DNA from: Candidatus Saccharimonadales bacterium
GTDB lineage: Bacteria > Patescibacteriota > Saccharimonadia > Saccharimonadales > Saccharimonadaceae
DNA: 24,456 nt
Direction of reading: 5' to 3'
Assembly (NCBI GenBank): GCA_035760845.1
Contig: DASTSD010000036.1
Location: forward strand, 1 to 24,456
The number at the start of each line of letters is the position of its first letter. Positions within the stretch are counted from its first letter, which is position 1. The position numbers were made by a program, and so were the translations under genes. Positions 9,032 to 17,407 of this stretch are shown one piece after another. A model generated the notes under the pieces. That model did not search any database, had not been told where the DNA came from, and saw nothing but the letters and a program-made list of their open reading frames with translations.

Positions 9032-9906
9032 CCGCGCAAGAACGCAGCGGCATCCATGTGGCGGCCGCTTGGGGCGATCAGCTCGTCAACCGACAAATAG
9101 GCACCGTCTTGGCACAAAAGGTCGAGCGGTGTTTTTTGTTCGTGCGAGACGTGTGCTTTGGTGACGACGATAGGGTACTCGCCAATGACCACCTTGCTTT
9201 TAGGAAAACCGAGGTGGGCCCGGACGATGCGCTCGGCTTCAGTGGCGTTGAGGCTATCGAGCTGGAGGTCGGCATCGCTTTTTTGCAGGAGCTTGGAATA
9301 CGTCGCTTTGCTGTCGTCCTGCGGGGCAGGCAAGAGGGTGCCGTTCATGATTTCGGGCAGCGTCTCCAGTAGAAGATCGGTGCCAAGGATTGCGAGGTCT
9401 CGGTAAAGGTCGGCGCGGGTTTCGTTACCGTTAAGTGCGAACTCTTTGGCGGCAAAAACCGGGCCGGTGTCCATGCCGGCATCGATCTGCATGATTGATA
9501 CTCCGGTATGTGTGTCACCGTTCTTAATAGCGGACTCGATAGGGGTCGGGCCGCGGTACTTTGGCAGGAGCGACGGGTGGACGTTGATGATACCCGGCGT
9601 GAAAAGATCGATGGTACTCTGCGGAATAATCTTGCCGTAGCTCACCAGCACGCCGGTAACGGGGCCGAGCTTTTTGATGCCTTCGTTGATGTCGGCGACT
9701 TTCGTGGGCTGCCAAACGGTAATGTCGTGCTTCATGGCGAGCACTTTGACGCTTGGCATGACTAGCTGCTGGCCGCGGCCTTTTTTGCTGTCGGGTTTGG
9801 TAACGACGGCCGCGACGGCGTGGCCGGCCTCTATAAGGCCTTCAAGGACGGTGAGGCTAAAATCCTCAGTCCCAAAGAATACGATTGTTTCGGATGTGTT
9901 CGTCAT
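9013..9906 (-). CDS. fmt: Methionyl-tRNA formyltransferase
   Basis: IVFFGT, VVTKPD..GRG, VSYGKII, INVHPSLLPKYRGPTPIE, MDTG; real start is Met71 of track ORF (9906). Confidence 0.95.
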   Translation of the reverse strand: MTNTSETIVFFGTEDFSLTVLEGLIEAGHAVAAVVTKPDSKKGRGQQLVMPSVKVLAMKHDITVWQPTKVADINEGIKKLGPVTGVLVSYGKIIPQSTIDLFTPGIINVHPSLLPKYRGPTPIESAIKNGDTHTGVSIMQIDAGMDTGPVFAAKEFALNGNETRADLYRDLAILGTDLLLETLPEIMNGTLLPAPQDDSKATYSKLLQKSDADLQLDSLNATEAERIVRAHLGFPKSKVVIGEYPIVVTKAHVSHEQKTPLDLLCQDGAYLSVDELIAPSGRHMDAAAFLRGYTAVA

Positions 9907-10441
9907 AGTCGAGTGGTTGGAGCTCGCCTTTCTCGTCGAGCGTGTAAAAAGCTTTCGTCTCGTCTTTGATGTGATCGATAAAAACGATGCCGTTAGTGTG
10001 GTCGATTTCGTGCTGGATGACGCGGGCGAGGAAACCTTCGGCCTTGAAGCGGACCTCGTTGCCTTCGACGTCGAGGGCGCGGACGCGGATTTTTGAGTGG
10101 CGCGGAACGAGGCCATAGATGTTATTTACACTGAGGCAGCCTTCGTAGTCGCTGATGATCTCGCCTTCGTATTTGACGATTTCCGGGTTGATAAGCGCGG
10201 TGAAGTCGCGGGTTGCCTTGTCTTCGAAGTCGCTGCGAACGATAACGACGCGTTCGAGCTTGTCGATCTGGACGGCGGCAAGCGCGGCACTGATTTCGTG
10301 CGGGCGCGAATCCTCCCAGTCGAGCGATGCGCTGGTCATGTCGGCGATAAGCTGGTTGATGTCACTGGTGATATCACGGACCTTCGCTGATTTGTCACGA
10401 AGGTGAGGGTTGGGCAAAGTAATGATGTTTTCTTTTTTCAT
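9866..10441 (-). CDS. def: Peptide deformylase
   Basis: LAAVQI, EGCLS, QHEIDHTNG metal-binding motifs; adjacent to fmt. Confidence 0.95.
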   Translation of the reverse strand: MKKENIITLPNPHLRDKSAKVRDITSDINQLIADMTSASLDWEDSRPHEISAALAAVQIDKLERVVIVRSDFEDKATRDFTALINPEIVKYEGEIISDYEGCLSVNNIYGLVPRHSKIRVRALDVEGNEVRFKAEGFLARVIQHEIDHTNGIVFIDHIKDETKAFYTLDEKGELQPLDYDEHIRNNRILWD

Positions 10442-10449
10442 TACGGTCT

Positions 10450-10458
10450 ATTATAACA
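10450..10458 (-). promoter_or_regulatory. Extended -10 (TGtTATAAT) 8 nt upstream of def ATG; leaderless-type
   Basis: Reverse complement reads TGTTATAAT-agaccgta-ATG, with no SD. Confidence 0.65.
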
Positions 10459-10471
10459 GATTGAAAACGAT

Positions 10472-12409
10472 CTAGAGCAGGCTGATCGGGTCGAGTTCGA
10501 ATTGCCAATTCGCGGGTGGCAGGTGTCCAAGCGCTGCGCTTAGGCGAGCACGTTTTGGAGATTTGAGGACGAGTTGCCAGCGGTAGGTGTCGTGCTGGCG
10601 CTCGTAAAATGCCGGCGTAGGGCCAAGGAGCTGTACGTCGGGCAGTTCACGGCGCAGGACGGCGGCGAGTTTTTGGGCGTTCCGTATGGCTGCGGCCTCG
10701 GTTTTATACACGCAGGTGAGCTTGAGGAGGTACGAAAAGGGAGGGAAGCCGCCGCGTTTTCGCTCAAGGAGGGCGGTCTGGTAAAACCCGGCGTAATCCT
10801 GCGCCAGGCCGCTTACGACGGCAGGGTGGGTGGGCTGGTAGCTCTGCACGATGACACTCGTTTCGTGGTGGGAGCGCCCTACGCGCCCGACCACCTGCGC
10901 GAGCAGCTGGAAGGTCCGTTCGCTCGAGCCGTAATCGGGGAGGCTAAGCCCGGCATCCGCCTGAATAACCCCAACGCTGCGGAGCTTGGGAAGGTCGAGG
11001 CCTTTTGCGATTACCTGCGTACCAACAATAAGGTCGATCGTACCTTCGTAGAGTTCTTTGTAGCGTTCCTCGACCGACTCGCCTGTCTCGTTGTCGCCGT
11101 CAAAGCGGGCGATGTTTTTATTCGGAAAGAGCTTGCGGAGTTCCGACTCGATCAGTTTGGTGCCGATACCTTTATGGATGATTTCGGCCGAACCGCATTC
11201 AGGACAGCTGGTCGGCACTTTTTCGCTGGTGCCGCAAATGTGGCATTCCAGCCGGTGCTTGTCGGCATGCAGGGTAAACGGTACGAAGCAGCGCGGGCAA
11301 ATGGCCGACCAGCCACAGTTCTCGCAGAGCGTGGTGCTGGCGCTGCCGCGGCGGTTATGGAAAATCAGCGCCTGGTTGCCACTGGCAAATGTTTGCTCCA
11401 GCTGGGCAAGCAGCTGGTCCGAGAGAAAGCGGTGCCGCTTGAAGTGCGTTCGCTTGGTCATGTCCACGAGTGTGATATTGGGCGGCGTCGTATCGCTGCG
11501 GGCACGTCGGTTCATGGCAATGATCGGCCGGTTGGACTGCTCGAACAAATAATAGTCGGCAATCGATGGCGTGGCGCTGCCGAGGACGACTTTCGCTTCG
11601 TGCCCTGAGGCAAGGATGCTCGCAGCGCGCAGGGCAGAGTAGCGCGGCGACTGTTCCTGTTTGAAGCTCGGCTCGTGCGCCTCGTCGATGACGATCAGCC
11701 CTACGGAACCCAGGGGCGTAAAGAGCGCAGAGCGCGGGCCAATGACAAGGCGCGGCTGGGTGCTTGCCAGGGCGTCTTGCCAGGCCTTGTGGCGCTGGGC
11801 TTCGGTCTGGCGCGAGTGAACAAGAATGATGTCCTCGAAATGTTCCGAGAATTCGTCGACCACCTGCGAGGTAAGGGCGATCTCGGGAACGAGGATAATG
11901 GCCGACTTGCCGCTGTCCAACGTTTGCTTGGCGAGCTCCATGTAGACGGCGGTTTTGCCCGAGCCGGTAATACCGTGGAGGAGGGCGGAGCCAGGCGACA
12001 TTTGCTGGACCACCGCTACGGCACGAAGCTGGTCTTTGTTGAGCACATTTTTTGTTCGATCGCGGAGCTTTTCTCGGGTAGGCGGCACGCTGGCGCGACG
12101 TTTTTTTTGCAGGCCGCGCGGCAAGATGGTTTGCAGAACGGTGGCTAGGTGCGTGGCGTAGTACATGCCCATCCATAGTGCGAGACGAACGAGCGGCTCG
12201 GGGAGCGGCGGCTCGTCAATGAGGCTTGTGATAGGTTTAGTGGCGTACTCGGGCTGCTTGACGTTTTTTGTCACGATGCCTACGAGGATCTTTTTGCCGA
12301 CCTCAACCATCACCAGCTGGCCGACGTGGAGCGGCTCTTCGGACGAATACGTAAACACGCCGCTGTTGGCGCGAATAATCTGCGTCGGAGCCACCTCATA
12401 ATAGTGCAT
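10472..12409 (-). CDS. priA: Primosomal protein N' (replication restart helicase)
   Basis: GITGSGKT, LVPEIALT, IDEAHE, SATPS, CxxC..CxxC..CHIC..CPEC Zn motifs, GTQVIAKGLD, QVVGRVGR. Confidence 0.97.
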   Translation of the reverse strand: MHYYEVAPTQIIRANSGVFTYSSEEPLHVGQLVMVEVGKKILVGIVTKNVKQPEYATKPITSLIDEPPLPEPLVRLALWMGMYYATHLATVLQTILPRGLQKKRRASVPPTREKLRDRTKNVLNKDQLRAVAVVQQMSPGSALLHGITGSGKTAVYMELAKQTLDSGKSAIILVPEIALTSQVVDEFSEHFEDIILVHSRQTEAQRHKAWQDALASTQPRLVIGPRSALFTPLGSVGLIVIDEAHEPSFKQEQSPRYSALRAASILASGHEAKVVLGSATPSIADYYLFEQSNRPIIAMNRRARSDTTPPNITLVDMTKRTHFKRHRFLSDQLLAQLEQTFASGNQALIFHNRRGSASTTLCENCGWSAICPRCFVPFTLHADKHRLECHICGTSEKVPTSCPECGSAEIIHKGIGTKLIESELRKLFPNKNIARFDGDNETGESVEERYKELYEGTIDLIVGTQVIAKGLDLPKLRSVGVIQADAGLSLPDYGSSERTFQLLAQVVGRVGRSHHETSVIVQSYQPTHPAVVSGLAQDYAGFYQTALLERKRGGFPPFSYLLKLTCVYKTEAAAIRNAQKLAAVLRRELPDVQLLGPTPAFYERQHDTYRWQLVLKSPKRARLSAALGHLPPANWQFELDPISLL

Positions 12410-12438
12410 ATCTTACATTATACTGTTAAAATAAGCAT
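12410..12438. promoter_or_regulatory. Back-to-back divergent leaderless-type promoters (priA / PRTase)
   Basis: Minus strand TATAAT (12417-12422) 7 nt before priA ATG; plus strand TGtTAAAAT (12424-12432) 6 nt before ATG 12439. Confidence 0.7.
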
Positions 12439-13095
12439 ATGTATTTTGAAAGTCGTGCGCAGGCTGGGCAGATTTTGGCTGCCGAGTTGGTGGAGAAGTA
12501 TAGGTATGAGAACTGCGCGGTCGTGGCGCTTAGCGACGGGGCTGTTCAAGTTGGAGAGCAAATCGCCAGTGCGCTCCACTGTATTTTGACCATGCTGCTG
12601 ATCGAGGAGATCCCCGTTCCGGGCGAAAGCATGAGTTTTGGCGGCGTGTCACAAAACGGTGGGTTTACCTACAATGGCATGTTCAGCGCGGGCGAGATCG
12701 AAGAATACACCGGTGAATTCCACGGATATCTGGAGGAACAAAAGCGCGAAGCGTTCCAACGCCTCAACCGGCTGCTTGGTGACGGCGGTATCATCGACAA
12801 CGAGATGCTGCGCGACCATACTGTGATTCTTGTCGCCGACGGGCTGGATAACGGTGCGGCGATTGATGTGGCTATGGACTTCCTTAAGCCTATCCGCATC
12901 AACAAGCTGGTCGTCGCAACGCCGTTTGCGACCGTGCCGATGGTAGACAAGCTGCATATCGTGGCGGACGAGCTGCATATCCTGGACGTGAAGGAGAACT
13001 TCATGGGAACGAACCACTATTACGAACAAAATGACATTCCGTCGCACGAAGAGACGATCGCGAAAATCAACCAAATCGTCCTGAATTGGCATTAA
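12439..13095 (+). CDS. Phosphoribosyltransferase-family protein
   Basis: F..R..AG..LA N-terminus, VILVADGLDNG PRPP-binding-like loop, VVATP. Confidence 0.8.
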   Translation: MYFESRAQAGQILAAELVEKYRYENCAVVALSDGAVQVGEQIASALHCILTMLLIEEIPVPGESMSFGGVSQNGGFTYNGMFSAGEIEEYTGEFHGYLEEQKREAFQRLNRLLGDGGIIDNEMLRDHTVILVADGLDNGAAIDVAMDFLKPIRINKLVVATPFATVPMVDKLHIVADELHILDVKENFMGTNHYYEQNDIPSHEETIAKINQIVLNWH

Positions 13096-13101
13096 CAAAA
13101 C

Positions 13102-13131
13102 TTGCAAAAGCGCCTGCAAAAAGTGTAGAAT
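13102..13131 (+). promoter_or_regulatory. Putative sigma70 promoter for wHTH-recJ
   Basis: TTGCAA 13102-13107, 18 nt, TAGAAT 13126-13131. Confidence 0.55.
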
Positions 13132-13171
13132 AAAAAGCAACGGAAGAGTCAGTCATTAACCAAGGGAAGAT

Positions 13172-13471
13172 ATGTTAGACGTTTTTATTACCTCGAGAGT
13201 GCGCAGAAAGATTGTGGTCGTATACGCCAAGTATCCAGACTTCCACACTCATGTCCGCGGCCTCGCGAAACTCATCAAAGAAGATCCTGGCAACATCCAG
13301 CGCGAACTCAAGCGCCTGGAAAAAGTCGGATTTCTCACCAGCGACAAGCAGGGCAATACCAAGATTTACTCGACGAACAAGCAGTTTCCGATTTTTAAGG
13401 AACTGCAGAGTATCGTGATTAAATCGCAGCAGCAAGCCGCCCGTCCAAAGCGGTCTTCTGCCGATCTCTAA
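13172..13471 (+). CDS. Winged helix-turn-helix DNA-binding protein
   Basis: HVRGLAKLIKEDPGNIQRELKRLEKVGFL helix-turn-helix plus wing GNTKIY; abuts recJ start. Confidence 0.75.
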   Translation: MLDVFITSRVRRKIVVVYAKYPDFHTHVRGLAKLIKEDPGNIQRELKRLEKVGFLTSDKQGNTKIYSTNKQFPIFKELQSIVIKSQQQAARPKRSSADL

Positions 13472-15166
13472 ATGTCATTATTCGAGGATATCCTACGATC
13501 GAGGGGCCTGGACGGAAGCGGCCGCGAGGCGTTTTTGTCGCCCGACTACGAGAAGAAGCACGATCCTTTTTTGCTGCCCGATATGAGGCAAGCGGTTGAC
13601 CGGCTTGTACGGGCACACGACGCCGATGAGCATATCGTTATTTACGGCGACTACGACATCGACGGATTGACGGCGACGACGACGCTGCTAGACGGCTTTG
13701 AGAGTTTTGGCTTCAAGAACGTCGATGCGTTTATTCCGAATAGGTTCGTTGAAGGGTATGGCCTAACCGTAGATGCCGTCGAAAAAATCGCCGCCATGGG
13801 CGCGCAGGTAATCGTGACGGTAGACTGCGGTAGCCTGAGTGAAAAAGAGATTATCCGTGCGAACGAGCTTGGTATCGATGTCATCGTGACCGACCACCAC
13901 AATGTCGCGCCTGTCCAGCCGCCTGCTGTTGCGGTAATCAACCCCAAGCGGCTTTTGATGGACTTTCCGGATGAGTATGAGAATTACATTCTAAAAGCGG
14001 ACTCGCCGGAGCGGGGTAAGATATACCCATTTCTCGATTTGCCCGGCGTTGGCGTGGCATTCAAGCTGATCCAAGCGCTGCAAAAGCGACTGGATGGTCT
14101 TGCTCCAGGTCAAGAGAAATGGCTCCTTGATCTTGTTGCTCTCGGGACGGTGTGTGATGTCGTAACGCTGGTGGACGAAAACCGCACACACGTCTACTGG
14201 GGTTTGAAGGTACTGGCCAGGACCCGCCGGCCGGGTCTTAAAGCGCTGATGGCGGTGGCGGGCGTGGAGCCAGATAAGGTCAACGCGCGTCATCTCGGCT
14301 TTGGGCTTGGTCCGCGAATGAACGCTGCCGGACGGCTCGAGACGGCACAGTACGCGCTGGATATGCTAAGGGCCCGCGAAGGTATGCTGGCGCTCGAGAA
14401 GGCGCGCCAGCTGGATACACTGAATATTGCCCGGCGCAGCGACCAGGACAAGATTTTTAAGGCCGCTATCGAGCAGGCGCAGGAGTATCTTTCCGACCCG
14501 GTGCTTGTCGTTAGCCATGCCGATTGGAACCACGGCATCATAGGCATCGTCGCTGCCAAGTTACTGGAAAAGTATAAAAAACCTACGTACGTGCTACAGG
14601 AGATGGGCGAGGAGAGCAAAGGCTCCGCCCGAAGCTATGGTGATTTTAGCGCTGCCGATGCCATACGTGCCGCCGATGACATTATTACGAAGGGCGGGGG
14701 ACACAAGCTTGCGGCCGGCGTCACCTTGCCAACAAAAAACATCCCGCTTTTTAGGCAGCGGGTGAACGAATTCTACCGAACAAAAAATTTATTCAACCAA
14801 GAAGCGTTGCTTTTGCCCCGAGAGGACGTTGTCGTCGCACTCTTTGCTGACGTACACGAAGGGCTCTTGGCGGAGCTTGCACGGCTTGAGCCGTTTGGCA
14901 ATGGCAACCCCGAACCCGTGCTTAAAGCCCAAGGCGTGCTCGTAATGAACGTGCGCCGGATGGGCGCGGACGCACAGCACGTCAAGCTGGAGCTTCGCGA
15001 CGAAGTTGGTAATGCGCTGCAGTTTTTGGCGTTCAACGCGCCCGAGCACTTTTTTGTCGAGCCGGGCGAGTATGTGACGGTGTGGTTCCAGCCGACGCTC
15101 AATGAATGGCAGGGTCGCCGGAGCGTCGAAGGCCGGCTGTTGCATCTTGAAATACATGAAAAATAA
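13472..15166 (+). CDS. recJ: Single-stranded-DNA exonuclease RecJ
   Basis: YGDYDIDG, PNRFVEGYG, TVDCG, TDHH, GTVCDVV, PRMNAAGR, GSARS, GGH..AAG, EPFGNGNPEP. Confidence 0.97.
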   Translation: MSLFEDILRSRGLDGSGREAFLSPDYEKKHDPFLLPDMRQAVDRLVRAHDADEHIVIYGDYDIDGLTATTTLLDGFESFGFKNVDAFIPNRFVEGYGLTVDAVEKIAAMGAQVIVTVDCGSLSEKEIIRANELGIDVIVTDHHNVAPVQPPAVAVINPKRLLMDFPDEYENYILKADSPERGKIYPFLDLPGVGVAFKLIQALQKRLDGLAPGQEKWLLDLVALGTVCDVVTLVDENRTHVYWGLKVLARTRRPGLKALMAVAGVEPDKVNARHLGFGLGPRMNAAGRLETAQYALDMLRAREGMLALEKARQLDTLNIARRSDQDKIFKAAIEQAQEYLSDPVLVVSHADWNHGIIGIVAAKLLEKYKKPTYVLQEMGEESKGSARSYGDFSAADAIRAADDIITKGGGHKLAAGVTLPTKNIPLFRQRVNEFYRTKNLFNQEALLLPREDVVVALFADVHEGLLAELARLEPFGNGNPEPVLKAQGVLVMNVRRMGADAQHVKLELRDEVGNALQFLAFNAPEHFFVEPGEYVTVWFQPTLNEWQGRRSVEGRLLHLEIHEK

Positions 15167-15180
15167 ATTCTAGGACATCT

Positions 15181-15212
15181 GCTCCGGCGGCGAATCGATT
15201 CGCCGCCGGAGC
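15181..15212. terminator. Perfect 32-bp GC-rich palindrome between convergent recJ and PH-domain gene; no U-tract
   Basis: GCTCCGGCGGCGAATC|GATTCGCCGCCGGAGC. Confidence 0.75.
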
Positions 15213-15235
15213 CGTCCGTCCCCCTCGTGGCGAGG

Positions 15236-16021
15236 TCAGAGAACCATGCTCATGATGAGCCGGTTCACCTTGTGGCCTTCCGGCACGTAGAGCACCTCAC
15301 GAAGCGCCTGGTCCTGGCCGGCCGACTCCACGGTGAGCGTGGCGTACTGGGTCCGGATGATACGGAGCCAGGCCAGGATGTTGCTGATCGGCGGAAAGCC
15401 GGCCGTCTGGTCCGTCAGCTTGCTGAGCGGCATCGTCTTGTACCGGATGTCGATGATGCCGGTCACGACGAGCAGGCGCTTGTCGGTCACGCAGATCCGG
15501 TGCAGGTGCCACGCGAGCAACCGGCAACCGAACACGACCATGCCGGCGAGCAGCAGTACGAGCGCCGCCTTGAGGCTCATCGCGGCCACGAAAACCACTG
15601 CGGCCAAAAGGGCGGCGCCCCCGATGAACCACGGCCAAAGGCTGATGGGGTGCTCTCGCGACTCCCAGAGCAGCACCTCGCCGGAGAAGTTCTCCTGGGC
15701 GCCCTTGACTCCCTTGCGGCTCTTGGCGAGCGCCTTCTTCACGCGCTCGCTCGGCACGAGGGCCTCGTCCTCCTCTTCACGGTTGTTGTACGAGTGCAGC
15801 GAACCTCGGATGACCCGAAGGGTCACGAGGATGCCGACGATCGTGACGAGCACAGTGATCAGTAGGAGTACGTTGTCGTGCGGCGAAAAGCCGACCAGTG
15901 CCCAGCAGGCGATGATGCCGAGGGCGATGGCCCCGATGATCCACGATTTTCCGTGGTCCTGAAGGGTGTCCAGGCGCCGGTCGATCTCGGCCATGGATGG
16001 CAGGAACTTCGGTCGTTTCAT
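15236..16021 (-). CDS. Membrane protein with bacterial PH (bPH_2-like) domain; GC-rich
   Basis: Two hydrophobic hairpins; GEVLLWESREHP; ICVTDKRLLVVTGII...TMPLSKLTD...LTVESAGQD; AAGGAGG RBS. Confidence 0.8.
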   Translation of the reverse strand: MKRPKFLPSMAEIDRRLDTLQDHGKSWIIGAIALGIIACWALVGFSPHDNVLLLITVLVTIVGILVTLRVIRGSLHSYNNREEEDEALVPSERVKKALAKSRKGVKGAQENFSGEVLLWESREHPISLWPWFIGGAALLAAVVFVAAMSLKAALVLLLAGMVVFGCRLLAWHLHRICVTDKRLLVVTGIIDIRYKTMPLSKLTDQTAGFPPISNILAWLRIIRTQYATLTVESAGQDQALREVLYVPEGHKVNRLIMSMVL

Positions 16022-16131
16022 AACCCCTCCTTAGGGACGGTACGATCTTGGCAGTGTTACCTGTAAGACAGAATTAAATTATACAATAAAAACTAAAATC
16101 CAGCAATAATTCCACGGCAGGTAATCGCGTA

Positions 16132-16160
16132 TTGCACTCTATAGAGTTCTCTGTTACAAT
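16132..16160 (+). promoter_or_regulatory. sigma70 promoter for rpsU operon
   Basis: TTGCAC 16132-16137, 17 nt, TACAAT 16155-16160 preceded by TGt; ATG follows 10 nt later. Confidence 0.75.
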
Positions 16161-16170
16161 AGTGAACGAT

Positions 16171-16386
16171 ATGGTACAAGTAACACGTAAAGACGAACGC
16201 GAAGCGAACGATAACATTATTCGTCGTTTCAACCGCAAAGTATTGCAGAGCGGCGTGCTGGCAGAAGCTAAGGCAGCTATGCGCATGAGCCGTCCACTTA
16301 GCAAGACCGAGCGCCGCAAGAAAGCGATTATTCGCAAAGAGCGCAAAGCGGACAAGCTAGCTAAAGCCCGATTGGGGATCCGCTAG
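16171..16386 (+). CDS. rpsU: 30S ribosomal protein S21
   Basis: MVQVTRKDEREANDNIIRRFNRKVLQSGVL...SKTERRKKA; basic 71 aa; upstream of yqeY as is common. Confidence 0.8.
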   Translation: MVQVTRKDEREANDNIIRRFNRKVLQSGVLAEAKAAMRMSRPLSKTERRKKAIIRKERKADKLAKARLGIR

Positions 16387-16389
16387 TTC

Positions 16390-16842
16390 ATGGCGCTGAA
16401 GCAGCGCATCGAAAGCGATATGAAAGCCGCTCTTTTGGGCGGCGATCGTTTTGTCGGGGAAACGCTCCGCGGCTTGAAAGCGGCTATTCTTAACGAAGAA
16501 GTTGCCCAAAACAAGCGCGACACCGGCCTCGACGACGCGACGATCGAGCAGATTATCGCCAAAGAGGTGAAAAAACGCAACGAATCGGCTGCGATTTACG
16601 AGCAGAACATGCGCGAGGACGCCGCCGAGAATGAACGCCGCGAGGCGGAAATCCTTGGCCGCTACTTGCCGGAGCAGCTTAGCGAGGCGGAGCTCAAAAC
16701 CGTCGTCGATGCTAAAATTGCCGAGCTCGGTGCGACCGATGTAAAAATGATGGGCCAAGTCATGGGCGCCGTCAAAAAAGAAGTGGGTAACGCCGCCGAT
16801 GGCGCGACGCTCGCAAAGCTAGTCAAAGAAGCGCTTAGTTAA
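16390..16842 (+). CDS. GatB/YqeY domain protein
   Basis: LKQRIESDMKAAL, KEVKKRNESA..Y, E..IL..YLPEQLSE, MGQVMGAVK...ADG. Confidence 0.92.
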   Translation: MALKQRIESDMKAALLGGDRFVGETLRGLKAAILNEEVAQNKRDTGLDDATIEQIIAKEVKKRNESAAIYEQNMREDAAENERREAEILGRYLPEQLSEAELKTVVDAKIAELGATDVKMMGQVMGAVKKEVGNAADGATLAKLVKEALS

Positions 16843-16860
16843 ACAAAAAGAGGAGAGAAG

Positions 16861-17406
16861 ATGATCGTATTTTTTGGTCCCGCTGGTGCAGGCAAGAGCG
16901 TGCAGGGGCAACTATTAGCCGCGCGTAACAACTGGCGCTGGCTGAGTTCAGGCCAGCTGCTCCGCGATACGCACGATATCGAGCTGATCAAGGAAATGCA
17001 GACCGGCCATTTAGTAACGCCTGAAAAGGTAAACGAGCTGATGGGCGATGCGCTGAGGCGCGCTAAAAACGTCGACCGCGTTATCCTGGACGGGTACCCA
17101 CGCCAGCTTTCGCAGGCAAAGTGGCTGATCCAGTCGCAGCCCGAGCACGAACGTTCTATCCAGCTGGTGATCGTTCTTGAGGTGCCACGCAGCGAACTGC
17201 TCAAGCGCATTGAGGTTCGCGGCCGTATCGATGATACGCCGGATGCTGTCGACGAACGCCTGCGTATTTACCGTACCGAAATCTACCCGATTCTTACTTA
17301 CCTTACCGAACAGGGCGTGAACGTCGCGCACATCGACGGGACCGGTTCGGTCGGCCAGGTCCACGACCGTATCATGGACGAAATGATAGCTCACAAATTG
17401 GCGTAA
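16861..17406 (+). CDS. adk: Adenylate kinase (short, no LID)
   Basis: GPAGAGKSVQ P-loop, LSSGQLLR, ILDGYPR, RGRIDDT, RL..Y. Confidence 0.9.
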   Translation: MIVFFGPAGAGKSVQGQLLAARNNWRWLSSGQLLRDTHDIELIKEMQTGHLVTPEKVNELMGDALRRAKNVDRVILDGYPRQLSQAKWLIQSQPEHERSIQLVIVLEVPRSELLKRIEVRGRIDDTPDAVDERLRIYRTEIYPILTYLTEQGVNVAHIDGTGSVGQVHDRIMDEMIAHKLA

Positions 17407-17407
17407 T

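Noticed and set aside
9031-9051. GCCGC...GCGGC hairpin just after the DUF5663 stop
   Set aside because: Short, no U-tract, and inside the fmt coding region.
9907-10116. 70-aa Ser/Thr-rich N-terminal extension of fmt in the ORF track
   Set aside because: Alternate-frame read of def; fmt homology starts at Met 9906.
15171-16040. TAGGAC / TAGGGAC similarity at both ends of the GC-rich gene as a target-site duplication
   Set aside because: Too short and imperfect; no mobility gene nearby.
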